The notes beneath the pieces are model-generated. The model did not search any database. It was not told the DNA's origin and was given only the letters and a program-made list of their open reading frames with translations. Made by a program: the position numbers and the translations under genes. DNA of 64,000 nt. Source: Candidatus Latescibacterota bacterium (GTDB lineage: Bacteria; Latescibacterota; UBA2968; GCA-2709665). The stretch covers positions 2,112,001 through 2,176,000 of the forward strand of contig OZ244937.1 in assembly GCA_965222075.1 (NCBI GenBank), written 5' to 3'. Shown one piece after another: positions 28,917-39,774 of this stretch; within the stretch, counting starts at the first letter, position 1, and the number at the start of each line of letters is the position of its first letter.

Positions 28917-31900
28917 GTGCGGCTTCGTAGCTTTCGTAGGAGAGGCGCAGCGATGGGCGGTTTCGTGGCTTTCGTGATCCTGTCTACCGCCTCTCCCACC
29001 CCCGCCCAGCCCACCTATTCCCCCGGCCAGATCCTGGTCAAATTTCGAGCCGCTGCCCCCAAACCCACTGCCGGCACCCTGCAGAACCTTGCCCGGCGCT
29101 ACGGGGTCCACGCTGTTGAGCCTCTCTTCTCCCGCCGCTCCGGCCTCTCCAAGCCCGTCGCACCCTTCGGCCGGATCTACCGCCTCCGGATCGATCCTGG
29201 CGCAAATCCCCGGGAGGCCGCTGCGGCTTATGCCGCGCACCCCGGCGTTGTCTACGCTCAGCCCAACCACCTGTTCCGACCGCACCAGGCGCCCAACGAC
29301 CCTCAGTACGGCAGCCAGACCGGCCTGTCCATCATCCGCTGGCAGAACCTCTGGGAGGGCCTCGGCCCCAAACGTCAGGAGGTTGTCCTTGCTATCATAG
29401 ACTCCGGGGTCGACCACACCCACGAAGACCTTGCCGACAACATCTGGATCAATTCCGTCGAAGCCGGGGGACGCCCTGGAGTGGACGACGACGGCAATGG
29501 GTACATCGATGACATCCGGGGGTGGGACTTCTCAGACGCCCCCGACCTCCCCGGCAGGGGGGACTATCTCACCCCGGACAACGACCCCGCCGATGAATCG
29601 GGCCATGGCACCCACGTGGCCGGAATCGCCGGCGGGGTCGCCAACAACAGCGTTGGCATCGCCGGCGTTGCGCCCGATACCAGGCTTATGGCCCTCCGCG
29701 CGGGTGTGACGCTCCAGTCCGGCGGCACCTTCCTGGAAGAGGACGACCTGGCCGCCGCCATCCTCTACGCGGTCGACAACGGCGCCCACATCGCCAACCT
29801 GAGCTGGGGCGCACCCGAACGCGCCTTCCTCATTGAAGACGCCGTGCGGTACGCCGCCGACAGCGGCCTTATCCTTGTGGCCTCCTCGGGAAACTCCGGA
29901 GCGTCGGGAGTCGCCTATCCCGCCGCCGCCGACGAGACCATCGCTGTTTCCGCAACCGACCGGAGTGACCGTATCGCCGGTTTCAGCAGCCGTGGGGTAC
30001 CCCTCGACCTGGCCGCCCCCGGCGCAAATATCCTGAGCACCCAGCCGGGAAACGCCTACAGCCGCCGCTCCGGCACCTCTTTCTCGGCCCCTTTCGTCTC
30101 GGGCCTGGCCGCCCTGCTCCTTTCCAGGCGGCCGGGCCTCACGCCCGAGCAGGTCCGCTCCGGCCTCACCGGCGCAACCGCCGACCTGGGCACCCCCGGC
30201 TGGGACGACGACTTCGGCGCGGGCAGAATCGACGCTGCTGCGCTCCTCTCCATCCTCGCACAGCCGCAGACGCCTCCAACCGTCCGCATCCATGCCCCCC
30301 GCACCGACCATGCCGCCCAAACCTACTTTGAAGTCACTGCGCAGGCCTCGGGCTCAAACCTCACCGCCTACCGGCTCTCCTGGGGCCTGGGGCATAGTCC
30401 CCGCTCCTGGAATCTCCTCAAGAACGGTCCCCCATACGCCGAGATCCGCCTCCGGTGGCACGTCTCGTCCCTTCCCGACACCGCGGCCGTACTCCGCTTA
30501 GAGGCGGACCTGAGCGGGGGCCGCACCCTCGAAGACCGCGTCCTCGTCTCGGTTCGTCCTGCGCCCCCGGCGATTTCCGGCATCGCGTTTCATCCCATTC
30601 TCGTGGGGCCCCACATGGCCTACCAGGTCCGATGGACAACCGACCGGCCCGCCGAAGGCTTCCTCCTCTACCGGCCCGCCGGGGCGGCCGAAGAAGACAC
30701 CCTCGCTTCATTCGCCGTCAATCGCGCTCAGAGGGTGACCCTGTCCGGACACCTGCCGGCCGGCCCCCTGCGCTACCGCATTCTGGCCCGGGGTGCCTCC
30801 GGCCAGACGGCTCTCACCGACCCCGACACCTTCGTGGTTGCGCCCCTTGGCATCCCCCAGGCTGGCTACGCTGAAGTCGCCGCCCTCCCCAACGGCTTCC
30901 TGGCGGATCGGCCCGCTGACTTCGACGGGGACGGACGCCCTGAAATCGTCCTGATGCCCTACATCCAGGGCACGCCCTTCAGCCCCCCGCAGATCCTGGA
31001 ACGGAAGGACGACGGCACCTTTCAACAGGTCTTTGAAAGCGAGAGAACCTTCCTACCCTGGAGCATCGGCGACGCCGACAACAACGGCGCCCCCGACCTC
31101 CTGGGCGCAGACGTGGTCCGCCTCCGGCTCTTCACCGGGACTGAAACCGACCCCTTCCCCTCCACCCGGATCCTGGACCGCACCCGGACCCGGGGTGGCG
31201 AAATCGCCGACCTGGACAACGACGGCAAAAATGAAATCCTCGCCCGGTCCAGCGCCGACCGCGGCATCCTCATCCTCAAACGCGGAGACGACGGCGCCTT
31301 CATCGAATCCGCCTTTCTCCCCGATCCCACCGCCGGTTCGGGTGACCTGGGCCCCCGCTTTGTGATCGCCGACCTGGACAACGACGGCAGAAACGAAATC
31401 CTGATCGGCGATGCCGACGGCGACCTCTGGACCTACGAAACCGACGGCAGTGGCGGGTACACCGCCGCCTGGAAGCTGGAGGGAGACGACAACACCAGCG
31501 CCGGCTGGGTCGGCGGCGGCGCCGACCTGGACAACGACGGCGTCCTCGAATTCGCCGTTGCCCGCGCGGCCGAAGAAAAGGACGACCCCCTCAACGGCGT
31601 CTGGGACCTCGAAATCTACAGCGCAACCGGCCCGGATGCCTACACCCTGGAATGGACCACCCGAATCGCCGGCGTCATCACCACCGGCAACGGCATCGCC
31701 GCTGGCGACACCGACGGCGACGGCACCCCCGACCTGGCCGTCTGCCTCCTGCCCGACCTCTACCTGTTCCGGTCGGACGGTCCGGACGCCTACCGCCCCA
31801 TCTGGCACAGCCGGGCCGACCTCACCCACCGCCCCATCGTCGCCGACTTAGACGCCAACGGCCGTCCCGAAATCCTTTTCAACCGGGACGGCGCCGTCCG

Positions 31901-32669
31901 CATCTTCGAACGGACCGCTCCGCCCGCCGACGCCGTCGCGCCTCAGATCCTCGGTGCGCGTCCCCTCGGTCCCGACCGCGTCCGGCTGAACTGGACCGCC
32001 TCCCCGGGCGCCACGGCCTACCGCCTCTACCGCGGCGCAGATGCCGACACCCTCGCCTCTTTGATCGACGGCCTGACCCGCACCGCCTACCTCGACACCG
32101 GCCTCACCCGGAACCGCCTCTACCACTACGCGGTCTCCGCACGCCTGCCCGGCGGCCGTGAGGTCCGATCTTCTACCGTCTCCGTCCGCCCCAACCGCCC
32201 CCCCGAACTCATACGCCTTGCAACCCTCGGCCCCAGCCAGCTCGCCCTCACCTTCAACGAACCGATGCGCCCTCCCACCCCCGACGGCTACACCGTCGCC
32301 CCGGACCTGGGCCGCCCCACCTCGGCGATCCGCGACCGTGAAAACCGGCGCATCATCCTCACCTTCCGCACCCCTTTCGTCTCCGAAACCACGTACACCC
32401 TCACACTCAACACCCCAGCCGACACCTCCGGCGTCCCCCTCGCCGCCGATTTCCGGCGCATCGACTTCCGCCCCGACCATCCCCTCTCCCCTTCCGCGCG
32501 CATCGCCGACTTCGACGGAGACGGCCGCGTCGCCTTGCCTGACTTCGTCCGCTTCGCCAGCGCCTTCGGCACCGCCGACCCGGTATTCGACCTCGACGGA
32601 GACGGCCGCGTCGCCTTCTCCGACTTCGTCCGCTTTGCCAGCTTCTTCGGGCAGACCGTCAGACTCTAA
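28917..32669 (+). CDS. Secreted S8 subtilase with FG-GAP repeats, FN3/Ig-like domains and C-terminal dockerin-like repeat
   Basis: Catalytic motifs IIDSG, HGTHVAG, SGTSFSAP. DLDNDG repeats. DFDGDGRV..DFVRFA twice. Start uncertain (28833, 28917 or 28953). Confidence 0.88.
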   Translation: MRLRSFRRRGAAMGGFVAFVILSTASPTPAQPTYSPGQILVKFRAAAPKPTAGTLQNLARRYGVHAVEPLFSRRSGLSKPVAPFGRIYRLRIDPGANPREAAAAYAAHPGVVYAQPNHLFRPHQAPNDPQYGSQTGLSIIRWQNLWEGLGPKRQEVVLAIIDSGVDHTHEDLADNIWINSVEAGGRPGVDDDGNGYIDDIRGWDFSDAPDLPGRGDYLTPDNDPADESGHGTHVAGIAGGVANNSVGIAGVAPDTRLMALRAGVTLQSGGTFLEEDDLAAAILYAVDNGAHIANLSWGAPERAFLIEDAVRYAADSGLILVASSGNSGASGVAYPAAADETIAVSATDRSDRIAGFSSRGVPLDLAAPGANILSTQPGNAYSRRSGTSFSAPFVSGLAALLLSRRPGLTPEQVRSGLTGATADLGTPGWDDDFGAGRIDAAALLSILAQPQTPPTVRIHAPRTDHAAQTYFEVTAQASGSNLTAYRLSWGLGHSPRSWNLLKNGPPYAEIRLRWHVSSLPDTAAVLRLEADLSGGRTLEDRVLVSVRPAPPAISGIAFHPILVGPHMAYQVRWTTDRPAEGFLLYRPAGAAEEDTLASFAVNRAQRVTLSGHLPAGPLRYRILARGASGQTALTDPDTFVVAPLGIPQAGYAEVAALPNGFLADRPADFDGDGRPEIVLMPYIQGTPFSPPQILERKDDGTFQQVFESERTFLPWSIGDADNNGAPDLLGADVVRLRLFTGTETDPFPSTRILDRTRTRGGEIADLDNDGKNEILARSSADRGILILKRGDDGAFIESAFLPDPTAGSGDLGPRFVIADLDNDGRNEILIGDADGDLWTYETDGSGGYTAAWKLEGDDNTSAGWVGGGADLDNDGVLEFAVARAAEEKDDPLNGVWDLEIYSATGPDAYTLEWTTRIAGVITTGNGIAAGDTDGDGTPDLAVCLLPDLYLFRSDGPDAYRPIWHSRADLTHRPIVADLDANGRPEILFNRDGAVRIFERTAPPADAVAPQILGARPLGPDRVRLNWTASPGATAYRLYRGADADTLASLIDGLTRTAYLDTGLTRNRLYHYAVSARLPGGREVRSSTVSVRPNRPPELIRLATLGPSQLALTFNEPMRPPTPDGYTVAPDLGRPTSAIRDRENRRIILTFRTPFVSETTYTLTLNTPADTSGVPLAADFRRIDFRPDHPLSPSARIADFDGDGRVALPDFVRFASAFGTADPVFDLDGDGRVAFSDFVRFASFFGQTVRL

Positions 32670-32830
32670 AACCTGTTGACACGTCTCTTTCTGCAACGTA
32701 CCATATCGTGGTTGCCTGCCGCTACATCCGAATGTATAAACCTCTGGAGTAAACACGTGGCTGATGAGGTTCAATTAAGAATTATTGTTCACCTGTGGTT
32801 TTTTTTCAGATAAATGAAAGGAAGCATAAT

Positions 32831-33685
32831 ATGAAAAGAGCATGGACCTGGTCCACAACCGGATATTCATTTGCGGGCAAATCTCACGGTGAGACGCACG
32901 AAATCTGCAAAGCCGCCGGCCTGGCCGGTATCGAAGGCGCCCCGCCCCTCTTTGAGGGAAAAACCGATACCGAACTAAGAGCCGTTGGGAAAGCGTATCG
33001 GGACGCCGGACTCTTCATCGAAACCTTCCACCTCCCCTTCTCGAGAGAAGACGACATCGCCTCGTTTTACGACACGGTTCGGCAGCAGGCCGTGGACAAA
33101 GCCCTGCTCTGGATGGAACGCGCCGCCCTCCTGGGATCTACCGTCGGCATCCAGCACCCCACCACCAGCCAGTACAGCGTGGACACCGAAGGCCTCGACA
33201 CCTACCTGCGGCAACTCGGCAAAAGCCTCAACACCCTCCTCCCCGCAGCCGAAAAACTCGGCTTTACGGTCGCCCTTGAAAACATGCTCCCCTCCGGCGG
33301 CGGGCGGCTCGCCTCCAGGCCGGAGCACTTCGAGCGGTTTATCGAGGAATTCGGGCACCCCAACCTGGGCTTCTGCTTGGATACCGGGCACGCCTTAGTG
33401 GCGGGCGGCCCTGAAGGCGCCGATGAATTCTTCGCCGTGATGGCCCCGCACATCTCGGCCTTTCACCTGGCCGACAACGCCGGTGACCGCGACTCTCACC
33501 TCGCCCCGGGGCGCGGCCTGGTCGACTGGACAAAGGTCTTCCGCCGGGCTGCGGAACTCGGCTACAGCAACACCATGTGCATCGAAACCCCGCCCTTTGC
33601 GCACGGCCCCAACTACAGCCTGGACGCCTGGGCGCAGCTTGTTGCCGAAACCGACGCCCTGGCGGAAAACGCGCTGAAAGGCTAA
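32831..33685 (+). CDS. Sugar phosphate isomerase/epimerase (xylose-isomerase-like TIM barrel)
   Basis: ALENM, CLDTGH, HLADN.G..DSHL.PG.G, CIE. Confidence 0.85.
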   Translation: MKRAWTWSTTGYSFAGKSHGETHEICKAAGLAGIEGAPPLFEGKTDTELRAVGKAYRDAGLFIETFHLPFSREDDIASFYDTVRQQAVDKALLWMERAALLGSTVGIQHPTTSQYSVDTEGLDTYLRQLGKSLNTLLPAAEKLGFTVALENMLPSGGGRLASRPEHFERFIEEFGHPNLGFCLDTGHALVAGGPEGADEFFAVMAPHISAFHLADNAGDRDSHLAPGRGLVDWTKVFRRAAELGYSNTMCIETPPFAHGPNYSLDAWAQLVAETDALAENALKG

Positions 33686-33725
33686 TCCTGGAGGTTTTAA
33701 GACAGCTTCTCAAGGACGCAATCCA

Positions 33726-34517
33726 ATGGCCTGGCATGAAAAATACGGTCCCTGGGCCCTGGTCACCGGCGCCTCGTCCGGGCTGGGCGCCGAATTCGTC
33801 CGGCAGCTTGCCGCCAGAGGCCTGAACATCGTCCTCGCCGCCCGGCGGAAGGAGCCCATGGACGTCCTGGCGGACAGGGTCGGGCAGGCCCATTCGGTCC
33901 GGACCCGCGTCATTCCGGTCGATCTCACGGCCAAAGGCGGCTGCAACAGGCTCATCGAAGAGACACACGACCTCGAAATCGGCCTCCTGATCAACAATGC
34001 CGGCTACGGCATGTCAGGCCAATACCACGCCCTCGACCCGGACCGCCAGGTCAGCATGACCGTCCTGAACTGCGTCGTTCCCGTCCTCCTCACCAACCAC
34101 TACCTGCCCCTCATGCTCGACCGGGGCCGGGGCGGCCTCATCTTCCTCGCCTCAACCGCCGCGTACCAGCCCACACCTTATCTGAGCACGTACGGCGCAA
34201 CCAAAGCATTCAACCTGATGCTGGGAGAATGCCTCTGGAAAGAATATCGCAAAATGGGCGTCGACAGCCTCGCCCTCTCTCCCGGGTTCACCCGGACCGA
34301 ATTCACGCGGGTCGCCAACATAGAAGACGCCGGCCCCTTCAGAGAAGCCACTCCCGAAGCCGTCGTGGCAACCGCCCTGCGGAAACTGGGCAAATACCCC
34401 TCCGTCGTCCACGGCCTGCTCAACAAAATCCTGACCTTTTCCGTCCGCATCCTTCCCCGCAGAACCGTCCTCGCCATCACCGGTGCCGCCCTCAAAGGGA
34501 GGACCAGAACCGCATGA
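33726..34517 (+). CDS. Short-chain dehydrogenase/reductase
   Basis: TGASSGLG, NNAG, YGATK. Confidence 0.92.
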   Translation: MAWHEKYGPWALVTGASSGLGAEFVRQLAARGLNIVLAARRKEPMDVLADRVGQAHSVRTRVIPVDLTAKGGCNRLIEETHDLEIGLLINNAGYGMSGQYHALDPDRQVSMTVLNCVVPVLLTNHYLPLMLDRGRGGLIFLASTAAYQPTPYLSTYGATKAFNLMLGECLWKEYRKMGVDSLALSPGFTRTEFTRVANIEDAGPFREATPEAVVATALRKLGKYPSVVHGLLNKILTFSVRILPRRTVLAITGAALKGRTRTA

Positions 34518-35629
34518 CACACATCGTCTGCAACACCTGCAAGACCCCCTATTCTCTCGTTGACCCCCGCTGGAAATGCGACTGCGGCGCTCCTCTGGAC
34601 ATCCACTTTCAAGCCGCCTTCGACACAGACGCCATCCGGGAGCGAAAACCGACCATGTGGCGCTACCGGGAGGCGCTGCCCATCCAAAAAGACGAACACA
34701 TCGTCTCCTTCGATGAAGGCTTTACGCCCCTCCTCAAAACCGAAATCAACGGAAAGCCCGTCCGGATCAAACCGGAAAACCTCTTTCTCACCGGCTCGTT
34801 CAAAGACCGGGGCGCCTCGCTCCTCATCAGCAGGGCAAAAGAACTGGGCATCTGCAAAATCGTCGAAGACTCCTCCGGCAACGCCGGCGCCGCCGTAGCC
34901 GCCTACGCCGCCCGGGCGGGCATCGCCTGTGACATCTACGTCCCGGAAGCCACCTCACCCGCCAAGCTGGCCCAGATCCGGATGTACGGGGCTGCCCTCC
35001 ACAAAATCCCCGGCTCCCGGGAAAACACGGCCCGTGCGGCAATGGAAGCGGCGGAACACCACTTTTACGCCAGCCACGTCTGGAACCCCTTCTTCTTCCA
35101 GGGCACCAAAACCTATGCCTTCGAAATCTGGGAACAGCTCGGCTTCACCGCTCCCGACACCCTCCTCGTGCCCACCGGCCACGGCACCCTCCTGATCGGC
35201 GCCTACCTGGGCTTCCGCGACCTCCTGAACCGGGATCTCATCCCCGGGCTCCCAAAGCTCGTCGCCGTCCAGGCGGCCAACTGCGCCCCCCTCTACCGGA
35301 TGTGGCGGGACCAGCTGGCGGATGTTCCCCCCATTGAATCCAGCGGCACCGTTGCCGAGGGCATCGCCATTGCAGAGCCTTCCAGGGCCGCGCAAATCCT
35401 GGACATCCTCCACGACACCGGCGGAGAGGTGCTTTCGGTGACCGAAGATGAAATTGAAACCGCACTCGTTGATTTCTGTAAACAGGGCTGGTACATCGAA
35501 CCCACCTCGGCCACGGCCATTGCCGCCGTCGGGAAATACCCCATCTCAGAGGGAGAAACCGTCGTTGCCCCTCTGACGGGCCACGGTCTGAAATCGACCG
35601 AGAAACTTCTCAAACTGGTGGAAGCGTAA
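34514..35629 (+). CDS. thrC: Threonine synthase-like PLP enzyme
   Basis: N-terminal CxxC..CxC, EGFTPL, TGSFKDRG, DSSGNAG, TGHGLK. ATGA coupling with the SDR gene. Confidence 0.85.
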   Translation: MTHIVCNTCKTPYSLVDPRWKCDCGAPLDIHFQAAFDTDAIRERKPTMWRYREALPIQKDEHIVSFDEGFTPLLKTEINGKPVRIKPENLFLTGSFKDRGASLLISRAKELGICKIVEDSSGNAGAAVAAYAARAGIACDIYVPEATSPAKLAQIRMYGAALHKIPGSRENTARAAMEAAEHHFYASHVWNPFFFQGTKTYAFEIWEQLGFTAPDTLLVPTGHGTLLIGAYLGFRDLLNRDLIPGLPKLVAVQAANCAPLYRMWRDQLADVPPIESSGTVAEGIAIAEPSRAAQILDILHDTGGEVLSVTEDEIETALVDFCKQGWYIEPTSATAIAAVGKYPISEGETVVAPLTGHGLKSTEKLLKLVEA

Positions 35630-35704
35630 GCTGTTCGAAGGTTTTGAAAACAAACAAAGGCGGCCAGCATGGCCGCCACAAAAAGAATTGGAAAGGATTG
35701 ATCT

Positions 35705-36193
35705 ATGACAAACGCACCTTCTCTCCTCGTTTACCTCTCCGGACACATCCACGGCGGCTGGCGCGACCGGATACGTCACATGTGTGAGGGAAAGGGCCTT
35801 TCAATCGCCTTCAAAGGCCCCTGTGAGGACCACGCCCGCAGCGACAACATCGGCGTTGAAATCCGGGGCCTGGGGGAAAGCGACATCGGTTCCGCCGACT
35901 ATTTCCCCAGGGTCAAGGACGACCTGGGGGGCAGGGTCAACAACCTGCGCACGCAGGTCTGGATCGCCCGGTGCGACCTGCTCATCGCCTTCTTCGATCA
36001 GGAACACGGCAACTACCGCCAGTGGAACACCTCCAGCGACATCGGCGAAGCGGCCCGGTACAACAAACCCGTCATCGTCGTCCACGGCCCCGGGTTCCGG
36101 CACGCCTTGAAAGAACTCGACGGCCGCGCCGACCTGGTCGTGGATTCTCTCGAACAGGCAGTGGAAGCCCTCGCCTACATCTGTGGAGACTGA
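35705..36193 (+). CDS. YtoQ-family protein (nucleoside deoxyribosyltransferase-like fold)
   Basis: VYLSGHIH..WR, H..SDNIG, NNLRT, YRQWN, HALKEL. Confidence 0.8.
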   Translation: MTNAPSLLVYLSGHIHGGWRDRIRHMCEGKGLSIAFKGPCEDHARSDNIGVEIRGLGESDIGSADYFPRVKDDLGGRVNNLRTQVWIARCDLLIAFFDQEHGNYRQWNTSSDIGEAARYNKPVIVVHGPGFRHALKELDGRADLVVDSLEQAVEALAYICGD

Positions 36194-36196
36194 AAA

Positions 36197-36784
36197 ATGG
36201 CGATCCGGCAGGTCTGCGTCTACGCTGCATCCAGTGACAAGTGCCACGCCAGCTATCTGGGCGCCGCCGAGCGCCTGGGCAGGCACCTCGCCCAAAACGG
36301 CCTTGGCATTGTCTACGGCGGCGGCGCCTGCGGCCTGATGGGACGTCTCGCACAGGGCGCCCTCTCAGAAGGCGGGAAGGTCATCGGGGTCATCCCCCGG
36401 TTTATGGAAGAGGTGGAATGGGGCCACACGGGCCTCACCGAACTGCGCGTGGTGGACGACATCCACCAGCGAAAGCGGACCATGCTGGAAGCCTCCGACG
36501 CGGTGGTGGCCCTGCCCGGGGGCTGCGGTACCCTGGAGGAACTCTTTGAAGCCATTGCCTGGAAGCGCCTGGGGCTCTACACCAACCCGATCGCCATCGT
36601 CAACACCAACGGTTTCTACAACCCCTGTGTGGAACTCCTGGAGCGCTGTATCTCCGAGCGGTTCATGAACCCGGGGCACAGCGCCATCTGGACCCTGGTC
36701 GACGCTCCCGAAGAAGTCGTTCCGGCCCTCCGGTCGGCTTCCCCCTGGAGCAAAAACGCCATCCGCTCCGCGGCCGTCCAATAA
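36197..36784 (+). CDS. LOG family nucleotide phosphoribohydrolase (TIGR00730-like)
   Basis: VYGGG..GLMG, RK, ALPGGCGTLEE. Confidence 0.92.
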   Translation: MAIRQVCVYAASSDKCHASYLGAAERLGRHLAQNGLGIVYGGGACGLMGRLAQGALSEGGKVIGVIPRFMEEVEWGHTGLTELRVVDDIHQRKRTMLEASDAVVALPGGCGTLEELFEAIAWKRLGLYTNPIAIVNTNGFYNPCVELLERCISERFMNPGHSAIWTLVDAPEEVVPALRSASPWSKNAIRSAAVQ

Positions 36785-36861
36785 GCTTTGCAGTGTCTGC
36801 CTGTACACAGCAAGCGGATTTTGACGCCTGCTTCGCCCTCATCGCCTTCACCCGTCCGATC

Positions 36862-36883
36862 AAAAAAGGGGACCGAAGTCCCC
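36862..36883 (-). terminator. Rho-independent terminator
   Basis: Minus strand GGGGAC-TTCG-GTCCCC-TTTTTT. Confidence 0.8.
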
Positions 36884-36926
36884 GCTTACAGACCCATCCA
36901 CCCCTCCGCCTCTGTATTCCGTCTTT

Positions 36927-38294
36927 TTACTTCTCCTGCTTTTTTTCTTTCCGACTGTCTCGATAATCGAGCTGAACCAGCTTCTTCAGGGCCTTAATCT
37001 CTTCATCCAGCGCATCGATCTTTTCATTTTGCAGAACCACCAGATCGGCATAGACCTGCGCCCGTTCCTCCTGGTTCAGGATCGTCTGTCGCAGGTCCTC
37101 CACCCGTTTTAACAGCGCCTCTGTCGATTCCACGGCCGGCAGCCTGGGACCTTCCCTTCCAAAGGTCTCAAATCGCTTTTGAAACGCCTCGTCCACCTCT
37201 GCCTGTTTCTGTTCGGCCTCCTCTATCGACCTGAGCAAGGGCCGCTTTTCAACCGCATACTTCAGCACCGAATCAAATCCCACATCCGGCTTTCGCCGAC
37301 GGTAAACCGGCCGATCCATCCGGGAAGCCCGGCGGCGGCGGTAGACCAGCCCCAGCCCGATCAGAAACACCAGCGATCCAACCGCAAGCCCTGGCAGAAG
37401 GTAGGTGGTGTCCTTGAAAAGGGACTCCACCCACATACGATGCGCTGGCGCTGTCAGCGCCTCCGCATTGGCCTCACCGGCCTGCACCAATGAATCCGCC
37501 CGGGCCTTGAGAATCGCATCGATATAGCGCTTCGCCTCCATCCGGGGCCGCTTCCCCCTCAATGCCTTTCGGAAATGGCCCAGGGCCTCGCGCTCATCCC
37601 CTTTTCCCTTCAGCAGCTTGGCCAGTTCAAAGTGGGCAGCCCCATCCTCCGGGTGGGCCGCCAGCGCCTGCTGAAACGCCTCGATCGCCTCATCAATCCG
37701 CTGTTCAGCCGCATAATCCAGCCCCTGCCGGTAAAAGTCCACACGCGGCTCGGGCTTCTCCTGGGGCGCAGGTGGATCAACCGGCCTGTGGATCACCAGA
37801 TCCTCCCGGATCCACCCCCGCCGGCCATCCGGCAGAATCGCCAGGTACCAGTTATTGCGCTTCCGGTCCAGGCGGAGCATGTCCCCCCGCGCCACCGTGC
37901 CGATCTTATCCGAAGTCTCCGTGGCGCTTTTACGCACATTCGCTCTTGATGGCCTCACCTCCAGCAGATCCCGGGCGGTCCCCTCCTCCACATAACGGCT
38001 GGATATCCAGGCCATCCGCCCGTCCGGCAAAACCACCTGATACCAGTTGCCCCGCTTCCCAATGCGCTTCATCCGGGTCCCACGGGCCATCCACCGGATA
38101 AAGGTGTCTTTGCCGTCCTTTTGAAACATCGGAGCGGTGCGCACCCTCACCCGATCCGTCCCCACCACCCGCACAATCGGGTCTCCCTGGCGCAGCTGCG
38201 CCCAGGCGCTACCCAAAAGCAGCAATCCAACCCCCAGATATCCAAGCGCTCCGGGCACGCTACGCACCCAGGCTTTCAACGTTCCGCCTCTCAT
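36927..38294 (-). CDS. Membrane protein with two bacterial SH3 domains, TPR, TM helix and coiled coil
   Basis: VRVR..NWYQVVLPDGRMAWI and ANVRK..NWYLAILPDGRRGWI, TPR-like helices, one TM segment. Confidence 0.75.
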   Translation of the reverse strand: MRGGTLKAWVRSVPGALGYLGVGLLLLGSAWAQLRQGDPIVRVVGTDRVRVRTAPMFQKDGKDTFIRWMARGTRMKRIGKRGNWYQVVLPDGRMAWISSRYVEEGTARDLLEVRPSRANVRKSATETSDKIGTVARGDMLRLDRKRNNWYLAILPDGRRGWIREDLVIHRPVDPPAPQEKPEPRVDFYRQGLDYAAEQRIDEAIEAFQQALAAHPEDGAAHFELAKLLKGKGDEREALGHFRKALRGKRPRMEAKRYIDAILKARADSLVQAGEANAEALTAPAHRMWVESLFKDTTYLLPGLAVGSLVFLIGLGLVYRRRRASRMDRPVYRRRKPDVGFDSVLKYAVEKRPLLRSIEEAEQKQAEVDEAFQKRFETFGREGPRLPAVESTEALLKRVEDLRQTILNQEERAQVYADLVVLQNEKIDALDEEIKALKKLVQLDYRDSRKEKKQEK

Positions 38295-38351
38295 CTGAAC
38301 GCCTCTGCCGCATCAAAACGAGCGCAATCCACAATCCGCATTCCGCAATCC

Positions 38352-38696
38352 CTATCCCGGCGGCCAGCGCATCGCTCGCCCCCCCAGGACGTGCAAATGG
38401 ATGTGAAAAACCGTCTGGCCTCCATCCGCGTTACAGTTGGCCACCAGCCGGTACCCGGATGCCGCAATACCGGTCTCCCGGGCAACCTGGTTGCCCACCA
38501 GCAGCCACTTCCCCACAAGCGACGCATCCTCTTCCTTCAGATCTGTCAGACGGGCGATATGCCGTTTGGGAATCACCAGAATGTGGGTCGGGGCCTGCCC
38601 GTTGATATCCTCAAATGCCAGGAACTGGTCGTCCTCATAGACCACCTGAGCCGAAATCTCCCCCGCCACGATCTTGCAAAAAATACAATCCGACAT
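38352..38696 (-). CDS. hinT: Histidine triad (HIT/Hint) protein
   Basis: DCIFCKI, HIHLH triad, WPPG C-terminus. Confidence 0.95.
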   Translation of the reverse strand: MSDCIFCKIVAGEISAQVVYEDDQFLAFEDINGQAPTHILVIPKRHIARLTDLKEEDASLVGKWLLVGNQVARETGIAASGYRLVANCNADGGQTVFHIHLHVLGGRAMRWPPG

Positions 38697-38724
38697 CTCG
38701 CCTCTCCTCTCAATATCACCCCAG

Positions 38725-39648
38725 TCACGGGTTCCCCCCCACCGCCTTTGGCCTCGCAACAATACACACCCACTCCCCGTCCCGAAGCACCTCCTCCACC
38801 GCCAGACCGGCCTCCCCTACCGCCCCCAAAAACCCCGCTTCTTCCCGGACCAGCACCCCGCCCAGAATCAACCGCCCCGACGCCTTCAGATGCGCCTTCA
38901 AATCCGGCAGCATTGGCATCAGCACCTTGCTGATCATATTGGCCACCACGAAGTCGAAGATGCCCTCCACGGCCGACACCGACCCCCTGTAGAGATCAAT
39001 GCGCTCCCCAACGGCGTTGAGCGAAGCGTTTTCGCGGGCATTCTCGACCGCCTGTGGATCGGTATCCACAGCGGTCACCCCGCCGGCCCCCAATTTGGCG
39101 GCTGCAATGCTCAATATGCCCGACCCTGTCCCGACATCCAGTACCCGATCTCCAGCCTGCACCCTTTGCTCCATCGCCTGCAGGGCCATTCGGGTCGTCT
39201 CGTGGTGGCCCGTGCCAAAGGCCGTCTTCGGTTCAACCACAACCGTAAATCCCCCCTCAGGATCGGGCACCCGATCCCACGGGGGACACACAGCCATGCG
39301 CGGCGTGGGATAAATCGGCCGGAAATGCTGCCGCCAGGCTGTTGCCCAGTCTTCCTGGGGTACCTCCGCCACACCGATGCGGACCTCCCCAAGCCCCTCA
39401 GCCTGCGGCCCATCGGACCTTGCCAAACCATTTAACCCGCTCCGCAGGGCTCCCACCACCTGTTCCCGGTCCTCGCGTGCTGGAAAATAGGCCGTCAGGC
39501 GCACACACGGGGCATCCATTCCATCCTCAACCTGCAGTCCGGAACTCCCCAGGTCGAACAGCATCCCGCACACAGGGTCCGACAGATCGGACGGGATCTC
39601 CAAAGAGAGCTGAAACCAGGCGTCCAAAGTCCTGAAGTCTCCAGGCAT
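38725..39648 (-). CDS. prmA: Ribosomal protein L11 methyltransferase
   Basis: EDWATAW, AFGTGHHETT, LDVGTGSGILSI. Confidence 0.95.
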   Translation of the reverse strand: MPGDFRTLDAWFQLSLEIPSDLSDPVCGMLFDLGSSGLQVEDGMDAPCVRLTAYFPAREDREQVVGALRSGLNGLARSDGPQAEGLGEVRIGVAEVPQEDWATAWRQHFRPIYPTPRMAVCPPWDRVPDPEGGFTVVVEPKTAFGTGHHETTRMALQAMEQRVQAGDRVLDVGTGSGILSIAAAKLGAGGVTAVDTDPQAVENARENASLNAVGERIDLYRGSVSAVEGIFDFVVANMISKVLMPMLPDLKAHLKASGRLILGGVLVREEAGFLGAVGEAGLAVEEVLRDGEWVCIVARPKAVGGNP

Positions 39649-39774
39649 TAACGCGTCTCGCCTCCCGCGCCTTCGGGGCGGGGGGAAGGGGCTTTTCCGC
39701 GCAGATCCCCCCAGCACCATCGCCCAGGAACGCCCAAAAGGTCCGCAGGGCAGAAACGCCTGCTTCCACCACTC

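Noticed and set aside
32740-32800. CTGATGAG suggesting a hammerhead ribozyme or fluoride riboswitch
   Set aside because: No correctly placed GAAA core with stems, and no fluoride-riboswitch 5' motif.
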